This document shows, in pieces, positions 1 to 6,065 of a stretch of DNA of 10,826 nucleotides. The translations under genes and the position numbers were made by a program. Source of the DNA: Nitrososphaerota archaeon (lineage in GTDB: Archaea > Thermoproteota > Nitrososphaeria > Nitrososphaerales > Nitrosopumilaceae). The notes beneath the pieces are model-generated. The model did not search any database. It was not told the DNA's origin and worked only from the letters and a program-made list of their open reading frames with translations. Each line of letters starts with the position of its first letter. The stretch's first letter is position 1. The stretch is taken from assembly GCA_005877205.1 (NCBI GenBank), contig VBPL01000016.1:31643-42468 (forward strand), given 5' to 3'.

Positions 1-1
1 G

Positions 2-181
2 GAAAAGCCTGTTAGAATAATCGTGGATGGTGAGGAAGATCTCCTCGTAATTCCAACAGCTTTGCTTGCGCCGGAGGATTCTGTTATTTTATACGGCCAG
101 CCTAACGAGGGTATAGTTATTGTTAAAGTAAATCAGGAGATAAGAAATAAGGCCAAGTTGATTATGAATTCTATGAGTTAA
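2..181 (+). CDS. C-terminal fragment (59 aa) of an archaeal DUF359/UPF0218-family protein, the family of GTP-dependent dephospho-CoA kinase. The 5' end lies outside the window.
   Basis: Absent from the ORF track because no start codon lies in the window. Frame 2 is open from base 2 to TAA 179-181. It reads EKPVRIIVDGEEDLLVIPTALLAPEDSVILYGQPNEGIVIVKVNQEIRNKAKLIMNSMS. The DGEEDL..P..LLAP...V.YGQP..G block matches my recollection of the DUF359 signature. Confidence 0.55.
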   Translation, partial: EKPVRIIVDGEEDLLVIPTALLAPEDSVILYGQPNEGIVIVKVNQEIRNKAKLIMNSMS

Positions 182-233
182 TTGTGGGAGGTGTGTGTAT
201 AGTGTATTTCCAAAGATATTACATACTGTTGCG

Positions 234-239
234 TATATT
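234..239 (+). promoter_or_regulatory. TATA-like box (TATATT) for the first response-regulator gene
   Basis: It is centred about 27 nt upstream of ATG 263, the spacing expected for an archaeal TATA box driving a leaderless or near-leaderless mRNA. Confidence 0.35.
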
Positions 240-262
240 CTGCTAATAATAGGAATTAGTAG

Positions 263-628
263 ATGAAAATACTTGTGGTTGACGACAACAGTAGTATAAC
301 TGAACTACTCGCAATGTATTTCAAAAAGAAAGGCCATGATTGTATAACCACGAACGACGGGAAAGAGGGATTGTCACTATGTATGAATAATAAGTTTGAT
401 GCCATCATATTAGATTTGGCTATGCCAGAGTTCACGGGAAAGGATTTTCTTGATTCACTCATTCAAGAGGGAAAAATCGAACAGCAAAAAATAATCGTGT
501 TGACTGCAATGCCACTTGGCAATGTTAAGATCGAGGATCATCGTCACGGAATTTGTGAGGTGTTGCCTAAACCTTGCAAACTAGATGTTCTTATGAAAAC
601 TCTAGAATCATTAACTGTAGCTGCGTAG
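263..628 (+). CDS. Stand-alone receiver (CheY-like) response regulator, 121 aa, no output domain (RR1)
   Basis: Acidic pair D7-D8. Phosphoacceptor Asp in ILDLAMPEFTG (D51, codon 413-415). T81 in IVLTA. K103-P104 in LPKP. The length allows only a REC domain. Confidence 0.9.
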   Translation: MKILVVDDNSSITELLAMYFKKKGHDCITTNDGKEGLSLCMNNKFDAIILDLAMPEFTGKDFLDSLIQEGKIEQQKIIVLTAMPLGNVKIEDHRHGICEVLPKPCKLDVLMKTLESLTVAA

Positions 629-846
629 ATGCTGTTTATCTCTCTCAAAAGTAACCCTTCCTGTTCTAATTCTCTAAATTTGAAATCATAATTGCAAGAT
701 ATTAGAGCGTGGTCTTCTCGTGAATTAGAGGCAAGTCTGTCTTAAGAAATACATACCAGCTCTATTTAGGCGAAAAACGCTCATTCGTACGTGGACACAG
801 TGGTACATAGATTACATCATCAACCAGCTAATCGAATAGTTATTTT

Positions 847-852
847 GGTGAG
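847..852 (+). promoter_or_regulatory. Shine-Dalgarno-like GGTGAG upstream of the kinase start
   Basis: GGTGA is complementary to the UCACC of the conserved 16S 3' tail. It lies 5 nt before ATG 858. Confidence 0.35.
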
Positions 853-857
853 ATGAA

Positions 858-2366
858 ATGAGACTAGGTCTACAAATTGCCATTATAGTATCCCTGTTTG
901 CTTGCGTTATGACAGTTATCGGATATGTTTTATTGGTTCAATGGAATAAACCGGCGACATCCACGACCGAAACAGCTGAGTTGATAAGGACTAGCACACC
1001 AATAATATTATTTGGCATTTTCATTTTTATAGTCATGGCAGGGACTATGACCTTTTTAATCCGTTCTGTTACAAATCCAGTAAAAAAACTGCGAGATGCT
1101 GCAGATAAAATCACAAGAGGGAATTTGGATGTTCAACCCAACATCAAAGGGACTACTGAAGTTCGTGACCTCGTCATTTCCTTTAACACTATGGTAAATA
1201 CACTTAAGAAAGCTAAAGAACTTCAATCTGCCGCTGTAGCAAAATACAAAAACCTCTATGAAAACGCGCCAGGTCTATATCGTACAGTTAGCGTGGATGG
1301 AATTATAGCAGACTGTAACAAGTCGTTTGCAGAACATCTGGGATACACGGTGGAGGAAGTTATCGGGACGCATTATAACAAGTACACTGACCCCAAGGAT
1401 GTGGAGGCCATGACGCATTCATTTGAAACTTGGAAGTTGACCGGAGTTGTTAAAAATATTGAAATTTGGCTCAAGACCAAAGGCGGAACCACTTTTCCAA
1501 CACTAATTAGTGTAAGCAATCTTTATGATGAAAAAGGCAACTTGATTGGATGTAACAACGTTATCAGAGACATTTCAGAAATTCACGAAGCAAGAAAAAA
1601 ACGAGAAAAAGATGCAATAATGGATTTACAACTTGCTGAGGTTAAAAAGATGGAAAAACTAAAGGATGAATTTGCCTCTATGATGACGCATGAATTGAAG
1701 ACCCCGCTCACTCCGATAATGGGTCACTGTGAAATGTTAAAAGAGCCTGGTCTACTTGGTGATCTTAATCAAATTCAGTTAGATTCAATTAATAAAATTT
1801 CTGAAAATGCTCTTAGATTGCAGCGACTAATTGGTGATGTAATGCTAGCCCAGAGATTAGAAATTGGTCAAATGAACTTTGATAAGCAGAAATTTGAGGT
1901 GACGAAATTGATGAGTGAGATACATAACGACTATTCCAAAATTATGAACGAAAAACAGATCGAGTTTGTAAATTCAACACAAGAAAACTTAAGTCTATGG
2001 AGTGATAAGAATAGAGTTAGAGAAGTAATCGATAATCTAATTCAGAACGCGGTAGACTTTACGCCCAAAAATAATGGAAGGATCGAGATTGGTGCAAGGA
2101 GTGAAGATAGCAAGGTTGTCTTCTACGTACAGGATAATGGTATCGGCATTCCAAAGGCCGTGCAACCAACTATGTTTAAAAAATTCTATCAGGTTGATGC
2201 GTCACACAGGAGAAAGCACACGGGGACAGGTCTTGGACTGGTGATCTGTAAAGGAATAGTAGAAGGTTTAGGGGGTGGAATATGGTTTGAAAGTGAACCT
2301 GGGAAAAGTACGAGCTTTTATTTTAGCATTCCAGATGAAGTATATTGGAAGAATCGATTGACTTAA
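858..2366 (+). CDS. Membrane-anchored sensor histidine kinase with TM-TM-HAMP-PAS-HisKA-HATPase_c architecture, 502 aa
   Basis: Two hydrophobic helices (about aa 3-27 and 48-68) are separated by a loop of only about 20 residues. A HAMP-like linker follows. The PAS-like region runs YENAPGLYRTVSVDG...NNVIRDISE. H-box MTHELKTPL (His codon 1689-1691). N-box DNLIQNAVDFT, G1 DNGIGI, G2 GTGLGL. Confidence 0.92.
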   Translation: MRLGLQIAIIVSLFACVMTVIGYVLLVQWNKPATSTTETAELIRTSTPIILFGIFIFIVMAGTMTFLIRSVTNPVKKLRDAADKITRGNLDVQPNIKGTTEVRDLVISFNTMVNTLKKAKELQSAAVAKYKNLYENAPGLYRTVSVDGIIADCNKSFAEHLGYTVEEVIGTHYNKYTDPKDVEAMTHSFETWKLTGVVKNIEIWLKTKGGTTFPTLISVSNLYDEKGNLIGCNNVIRDISEIHEARKKREKDAIMDLQLAEVKKMEKLKDEFASMMTHELKTPLTPIMGHCEMLKEPGLLGDLNQIQLDSINKISENALRLQRLIGDVMLAQRLEIGQMNFDKQKFEVTKLMSEIHNDYSKIMNEKQIEFVNSTQENLSLWSDKNRVREVIDNLIQNAVDFTPKNNGRIEIGARSEDSKVVFYVQDNGIGIPKAVQPTMFKKFYQVDASHRRKHTGTGLGLVICKGIVEGLGGGIWFESEPGKSTSFYFSIPDEVYWKNRLT

Positions 2367-2423
2367 GAAATTGGTTTTACATCGGTAGAATCTTCGCCAA
2401 TGATGGCGAAAGCGGTGGGATAA

Positions 2424-2451
2424 CTATTAGTATCATCCTTCCTACTAATAG
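2424..2451. promoter_or_regulatory. Perfect 9-bp inverted repeat CTATTAGTA-N10-TACTAATAG overlapping the presumed promoter of the second response regulator
   Basis: The arms at 2424-2432 and 2443-2451 are exact reverse complements. The right arm ends 17 nt before ATG 2469 and contains a TATA-like TACTAATA. Confidence 0.4.
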
Positions 2452-2468
2452 GATAGTGAGTTAGTTAC

Positions 2469-2834
2469 ATGAAGCTCTTGCTGATCGAAGACAATGACAA
2501 TATATCAGGTATGATTGCACAGTACCTAAGGTTAAAGGGATACGATTGTATGGTTACGAATAATGGAAAGGACGGACTGAACCAAATTTTAGCTGAGAAC
2601 TATGATGTCGCATTATTGGATTTAGCGATGCCCGAATTTAGTGGATATGACGTTATAGAATCTCTTGAAGTAACGGGAAAGTTAAAAGAGCAGAAATTAA
2701 TTGTATTGACTGCATCCTCTATTACTGAAGGTAAGATGAAAGAATTGGAAAAAAGAGGTGTGTATACGTGCATAAAAAAACCGGTTCAGCTAAACGAGCT
2801 TGTCAAAGTTATTCAATCCTGTGTTGAATCTTGA
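2469..2834 (+). CDS. Stand-alone receiver (CheY-like) response regulator, 121 aa, paralog of RR1 (RR2)
   Basis: E7-D8. Phosphoacceptor Asp in LLDLAMPEFSG (D51, codon 2619-2621). T81 in IVLTA. K104-P105 in KKP. It has the same length as RR1 and shares the LDLAMPEF(T/S)G and QK(I/L)IVLTA blocks. Confidence 0.9.
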   Translation: MKLLLIEDNDNISGMIAQYLRLKGYDCMVTNNGKDGLNQILAENYDVALLDLAMPEFSGYDVIESLEVTGKLKEQKLIVLTASSITEGKMKELEKRGVYTCIKKPVQLNELVKVIQSCVES

Positions 2835-2890
2835 TCTGACACCAACCTAAAGTGAACATATCCATTGAATTGGCACAGAATAGTAGTAAA

Positions 2891-2948
2891 GGGGAATGAT
2901 GACACGGTGGCTGTATGATTTGTGATTAAGCTACACAAGTTCTGACCC
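2891..2948 (+). ncRNA. Candidate archaeal box C/D sRNA (2'-O-methylation guide), about 58 nt
   Basis: C box AUGAUGA at 2896-2902. 12-nt spacer CACGGUGGCUGU at 2903-2914. D' AUGA at 2915-2918. UUU loop. C' GUGAUUA at 2922-2928. 13-nt spacer AGCUACACAAGUU at 2929-2941. D box CUGA at 2942-2945. A 5' GGGG (2891-2894) and 3' CCC (2946-2948) could form a terminal stem. It sits in an intergenic spacer and is followed by a T7 run. Confidence 0.6.
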
Positions 2949-2958
2949 TGAATAACCA

Positions 2959-2965
2959 TTTTTTT
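2959..2965 (+). terminator. Oligo-T (T7) archaeal termination signal
   Basis: TTTTTTT lies 11 nt after the proposed sRNA 3' end and 125 nt after the RR2 stop. Archaeal RNA polymerase terminates at oligo-T tracts. Confidence 0.5.
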
Positions 2966-3045
2966 GGTTGAGATGAAAAAGTATACAACTTCAGATATGA
3001 TGATTGACAATCTAAATTAAACCAGGATTTTAAAATTTTGAATTT

Positions 3046-3408
3046 GTGAAGCTTGATTTCAGTCTTCGTTTAAGAATATTGGAAAAAGTTGGGATTTACT
3101 CAAACAGGTTCGGAATTCAAGAGCCAAAGGTGTTGCTGACGACCAGAGAGGTTCTTGATATGCCAAGAGAGGTTACGCAAGGGAGAAGAACTTCAGCCTA
3201 CAAATACTTGGGTGTCTCCTATCTTCAGCATTGCCTCGTCTTTATAAACATCAAAAAGATCCAAGATGAAAAAATGCTTGAAAATACTGTAGTTCATGAA
3301 TTAATTCATATGCGGTTTCCCTATCTGAGTCATGGAAAAAGATTCAACAAACTCGTAAGACGAAGTCTTGCAGGCAAAACTTTTGCACCATACAAGAAAA
3401 GAAAATAG
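3046..3408 (+). CDS. Small HExxH zinc-metallopeptidase-like protein (SprT / DUF45-YgjP-like minimal domain), 120 aa from GTG; start uncertain
   Basis: VVHELIHMRFPYLSHGKRFNKLV fits the HExxH-x(n)-HG..F pattern of SprT/DUF45-type domains. It is preceded by an R.TS..YLG...I.IN-like block. The ORF opens with GTG. The first in-frame ATG is at 3157 (M38). A TTTTAAAATTTT element lies at 3028-3039. Confidence 0.5.
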   Translation: MKLDFSLRLRILEKVGIYSNRFGIQEPKVLLTTREVLDMPREVTQGRRTSAYKYLGVSYLQHCLVFINIKKIQDEKMLENTVVHELIHMRFPYLSHGKRFNKLVRRSLAGKTFAPYKKRK

Positions 3409-3429
3409 CATCCAAATGTTCTAAGATGG

Positions 3430-3439
3430 TTTATATTTA
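3430..3439 (+). promoter_or_regulatory. TATA box (TTTATATTTA) for the pyrophosphatase gene
   Basis: It is centred about 30 nt upstream of ATG 3464. Confidence 0.45.
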
Positions 3440-3463
3440 CCACAAATAGGCAAAATCTAGTAA

Positions 3464-5512
3464 ATGACGCCTCAAGAAATAATTCCTGTTGGTGCGTCAA
3501 TTGTTGCTTTCATTATTGCTGTAGTCCTTGCGGCGTGGGTATCTAAACAAAAACCTGGAACACAACAGATGCTAGATATTTCAAACGCAGTGGGGGTGGG
3601 TGCAATGGCATTTTTGAGAAGAGAGTTTAAAATTGTTATTCCTATAGCTGTAGGTCTTGCAGTCTTGATTGGCATATTATTACGATCTCCCGATGGATTG
3701 CCAACTAATGGTATTGCTTTTGCAGTTGGCGCTGGACTTTCTGCCGTTGCAGGATTGATCTCACTTAAAATTACGGTAAAGGCCGCAGTTCGAGCTGCAA
3801 ACGCGTCAGGAAAAGGGCTTGGACATACATTTGCCCTTGCATTTAGAGGCGGAGCTACAGTAGGACTTGCTGTACCTGCTATGGCTCTTTTGGGCATGAG
3901 CTTACTTTATTTTGCATTTCCAAGTCCTATCACAATTGCAGGAGTTGGTATAGGTGCTAGTTTGATTGCCTTGTTTATCAGAGTAGGTGGTGGAATTTTC
4001 ACAAAGGCTGCAGACATGGGTGCAGACCTAGTAGGGAAAGTAGAGGCAAATATCCCAGAAGATGACCCACGAAACCCTGCTACAATCGCTGATAACGTAG
4101 GAGACAATGTAGGAGATGCAGCTGGAATGGGCTCAGATATTTATGAATCATATATTGTAACCATGCTTGCATCATTGCTGATTGCTGGACTGATTGAAAC
4201 TCCTCAGAACTTGTTTTATCCAATGTTGGTTGGCGCTTCAGGACTATTTGCATCTATTATTGGTGTTGCAACAATAGGACCAAGAAAGATGACTGATGTC
4301 AACAAACCTCTTGCCCGTGCATTTTATGTTTCTGCTGCAATAGCAATCGCACTTAATTTTGTTTTTACATACATATTCCTTGGTCATACTCAGATTGCAT
4401 ACGCTCTTTTTGGTAGTACGGTGATTGGGGTTATTCTAGTACCAGTCATACAGAGGATTACAGACTATTTTACAAGCTACAGATTCAAACCTGTCCAAGA
4501 AATTGCCGAATCTGCAAGATGGGGATATGCTTCACTTACACTAATGGGAATAATACAGGGAATGCGTTCAACAGGCCCTTTCATGATTGCCATTACTATT
4601 GCTCTAGCTACATCATATGTTTTGGCATCATCTGCAGCTCCTGATCCTTCTCAGACTACACTTTATGGAGTCTTTGGCACTTCACTTACCGCAATGGCAA
4701 TGCTAAGTCTTGCAGGGATTGTTTTGAGTATAGATGCATTTGGTCCTATCAGTGACAATGCTGGTGGAATTGTAGAAATGATAGGTATGGGAGAAGAGAA
4801 TCGTAAAGTTACAGATGAAATTGATGCAGTAGGAAATACTACAAAGGCAGTGACCAAGGGTTTTGCCATCGCAAGTGCCGGTCTAGCTGCGTTAGCTATG
4901 ATTCAAGCATTTCAGTATGAAGCGGGAAAAATATTTCATCACACTTTCGATTATAGTCTCTCAAATCCAGCAATAGTTATTGGATTACTTGTAGGAGGTC
5001 TGCTGCCATTCTTTATTACCAGCCAGCTTATATCTGCGGTCGCAAGGGCAGCTTCTAAGATGGTAGAAGAAGTAAGGCGACAATTCAAAGAGACTCCAGA
5101 AATTCTAACAGGTAAAGCAAAACCTGACTATGCAAAATGTGTTGATGTTGCAACCGTAGCTTCATTACGTGAGCTTTGGAAATCCGCAACCATAACGATT
5201 GCAGCCCCAATAGTACTTGGTGTAGTTTTGGGTCCATCTGCTGTAGTTGGACTTTTGATGGGGGCCGTAATAACAGGAATTTTCCTGGCTTTCCATCTGG
5301 CAAATACTGGTGGTGCGTGGGACAATGCCAAAAAGTACATGGAAATTAAAAAACAAAAAGGAACTGAAGAACACAAGATAGCAATTGTTGGCGATATAAT
5401 AGGAGATCCTTACAAGGACACTGCTGGACCAGCACTTAATACAGTCATAAAATTACTCAATACCGTAGCGATTGTCTTTGTTTCTGCCTTTGTTGCACTG
5501 GTAGTTCTATGA
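3464..5512 (+). CDS. hppA: Membrane-integral H+-translocating inorganic pyrophosphatase, K+-independent subtype signature, 682 aa
   Basis: Hallmark block GGGIFTKAADMGADLVGKVEANIPEDDPRNPATIADNVGDNVGDAAGMGSDIYESY. It is a polytopic hydrophobic protein. GNTTKAVTKG at 4832-4861 carries Lys and Thr at the two positions that distinguish K+-independent from K+-dependent enzymes. Confidence 0.95.
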   Translation: MTPQEIIPVGASIVAFIIAVVLAAWVSKQKPGTQQMLDISNAVGVGAMAFLRREFKIVIPIAVGLAVLIGILLRSPDGLPTNGIAFAVGAGLSAVAGLISLKITVKAAVRAANASGKGLGHTFALAFRGGATVGLAVPAMALLGMSLLYFAFPSPITIAGVGIGASLIALFIRVGGGIFTKAADMGADLVGKVEANIPEDDPRNPATIADNVGDNVGDAAGMGSDIYESYIVTMLASLLIAGLIETPQNLFYPMLVGASGLFASIIGVATIGPRKMTDVNKPLARAFYVSAAIAIALNFVFTYIFLGHTQIAYALFGSTVIGVILVPVIQRITDYFTSYRFKPVQEIAESARWGYASLTLMGIIQGMRSTGPFMIAITIALATSYVLASSAAPDPSQTTLYGVFGTSLTAMAMLSLAGIVLSIDAFGPISDNAGGIVEMIGMGEENRKVTDEIDAVGNTTKAVTKGFAIASAGLAALAMIQAFQYEAGKIFHHTFDYSLSNPAIVIGLLVGGLLPFFITSQLISAVARAASKMVEEVRRQFKETPEILTGKAKPDYAKCVDVATVASLRELWKSATITIAAPIVLGVVLGPSAVVGLLMGAVITGIFLAFHLANTGGAWDNAKKYMEIKKQKGTEEHKIAIVGDIIGDPYKDTAGPALNTVIKLLNTVAIVFVSAFVALVVL

Positions 5513-5513
5513 C

Positions 5514-5711
5514 CTACTGAGAATTTTTGTCATCTACTACAATCGTCATGTCAAGTTCATCTATCTGAGCCTCAATAGTTCTTTTCATGGCATCGCTATG
5601 CTCAGGACAGAATTTGAAGAAACCATCAACAGTCTCAAAGCAACCACAGATCCATCTAGTCTGAATTTCTCCTTCTACAGTCAGTTTGTTATAGGTACTT
5701 TTTTTTGTCAC
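5514..5711 (-). CDS. Hypothetical 65-aa protein with Cys/His cluster (WICGC...FCPEH), GTG start
   Basis: ORF with a GTG start (5709-5711). A TATA-like TTTTTTAGAA on the minus strand is centred about 26 nt upstream. No family recognised. Confidence 0.45.
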   Translation of the reverse strand: MTKKSTYNKLTVEGEIQTRWICGCFETVDGFFKFCPEHSDAMKRTIEAQIDELDMTIVVDDKNSQ

Positions 5712-5730
5712 AGGTAAGATAAGAGAATCA

Positions 5731-5742
5731 TTCTAAAAAAGT
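5731..5742 (-). promoter_or_regulatory. TATA-like element (minus strand CTTTTTTAGAAT) for the 65-aa gene
   Basis: It is centred about 26 nt upstream of the GTG at 5711. Confidence 0.35.
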
Positions 5743-5759
5743 TTGTAAAATAGTAACTC

Positions 5760-5765
5760 AAAAAA
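5760..5765 (-). terminator. Oligo-T (T6 on the minus strand) after the DUF2024 gene
   Basis: The A6 at 5760-5765 on the plus strand is a T6 on the minus strand. It begins 12 nt downstream of the TAG stop at 5777-5779. Confidence 0.4.
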
Positions 5766-5776
5766 TTGAAAGATAG

Positions 5777-6034
5777 CTACGGGCAGCCTTCCATCCTTTG
5801 GATAAAGTAGCCTTTCGTTTGGATCTCATTGGCAATTGGCTCTGGTGCGCCTTGAGTATGGCAAAACTGACATTCCTCGCTTGTGACGGTCGCATCACCT
5901 TCACCGATGGATTTGAGCCATTCTTTTGCATACACTATTGCCTTTTGATGATCTTTTACACCCGTAATCACATCAAAATGCATTGTATGTCCATCCTTTG
6001 CCTCTACATACGTGTCGTATACGTGAATTTCCAT
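5777..6034 (-). CDS. DUF2024-family protein, 85 aa
   Basis: MEIHVYDTYVEAKDGHTMHFDVIT...AKEWLKSIGE...EECQFCH...MEGCP matches my recollection of the DUF2024 pattern (HV.DTYV..KDG..MHFDV, C.FCH, C-terminal GCP). Confidence 0.6.
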   Translation of the reverse strand: MEIHVYDTYVEAKDGHTMHFDVITGVKDHQKAIVYAKEWLKSIGEGDATVTSEECQFCHTQGAPEPIANEIQTKGYFIQRMEGCP

Positions 6035-6056
6035 ATTTTTGAATCAAAACCAAGGG

Positions 6057-6065
6057 ATATTTATT
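6057..6065. promoter_or_regulatory. Single AT-rich TATA-like element (ATATTTATT) in a 53-bp divergent intergenic region
   Basis: Its centre (6061) is 27 nt from the minus-strand ATG at 6034 and 27 nt from the plus-strand ATG at 6088. Confidence 0.4.

Noticed and set aside
256-462. 68-aa minus-strand ORF overlapping RR1
   Set aside because: It is antisense to a clear receiver domain, its sequence is low-complexity and Ser-rich, and it has no motif.
629-691. 20-codon ORF (MLFISLKSNPSCSNSLNLKS) starting right after the RR1 stop, plus a 29-codon minus-strand ORF around 730-816
   Set aside because: They are short and low-complexity and lack a promoter or SD context, so they are indistinguishable from chance ORFs in AT-rich spacer.
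2393-2410. Perfect 7-bp hairpin (TTCGCCA-ATGA-TGGCGAA) 27 nt after the kinase stop, considered as an intrinsic terminator
   Set aside because: It is not followed by a T-run, and archaeal termination relies on oligo-T rather than hairpins. Its loop region AATGATGG also resembles a C box, but the nearest CUGA is about 75 nt away inside RR2 coding sequence, so it is not a credible C/D sRNA. I kept it only as an observed structure of unknown meaning.
2813-3010. 65-aa minus-strand ORF (TTG start) covering the RR2-downstream spacer
   Set aside because: It overlaps the RR2 3' end. It has no recognisable motif, and its region is better explained by the plus-strand C/D sRNA candidate and T7 terminator.
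3472-5376. Six minus-strand ORFs inside hppA (3472-3897, 3907-4107, 4663-4869, 5085-5303, 5128-5376, 5165-5374)
   Set aside because: All lie antisense to a near-certain, motif-rich pyrophosphatase CDS. Their Ala/Pro/Thr/Ile-rich translations look like mirror images of a hydrophobic membrane gene, and none has a recognisable motif or promoter.
5855-5869. CxxCH (CQFCH) in DUF2024 read as a c-type heme attachment site
   Set aside because: The protein has no signal peptide or TM segment for export. The motif is part of the DUF2024 family pattern together with a C-terminal Cys. Ammonia-oxidising archaea are not known to make c-type cytochromes, so a Zn or other metal site is more likely.
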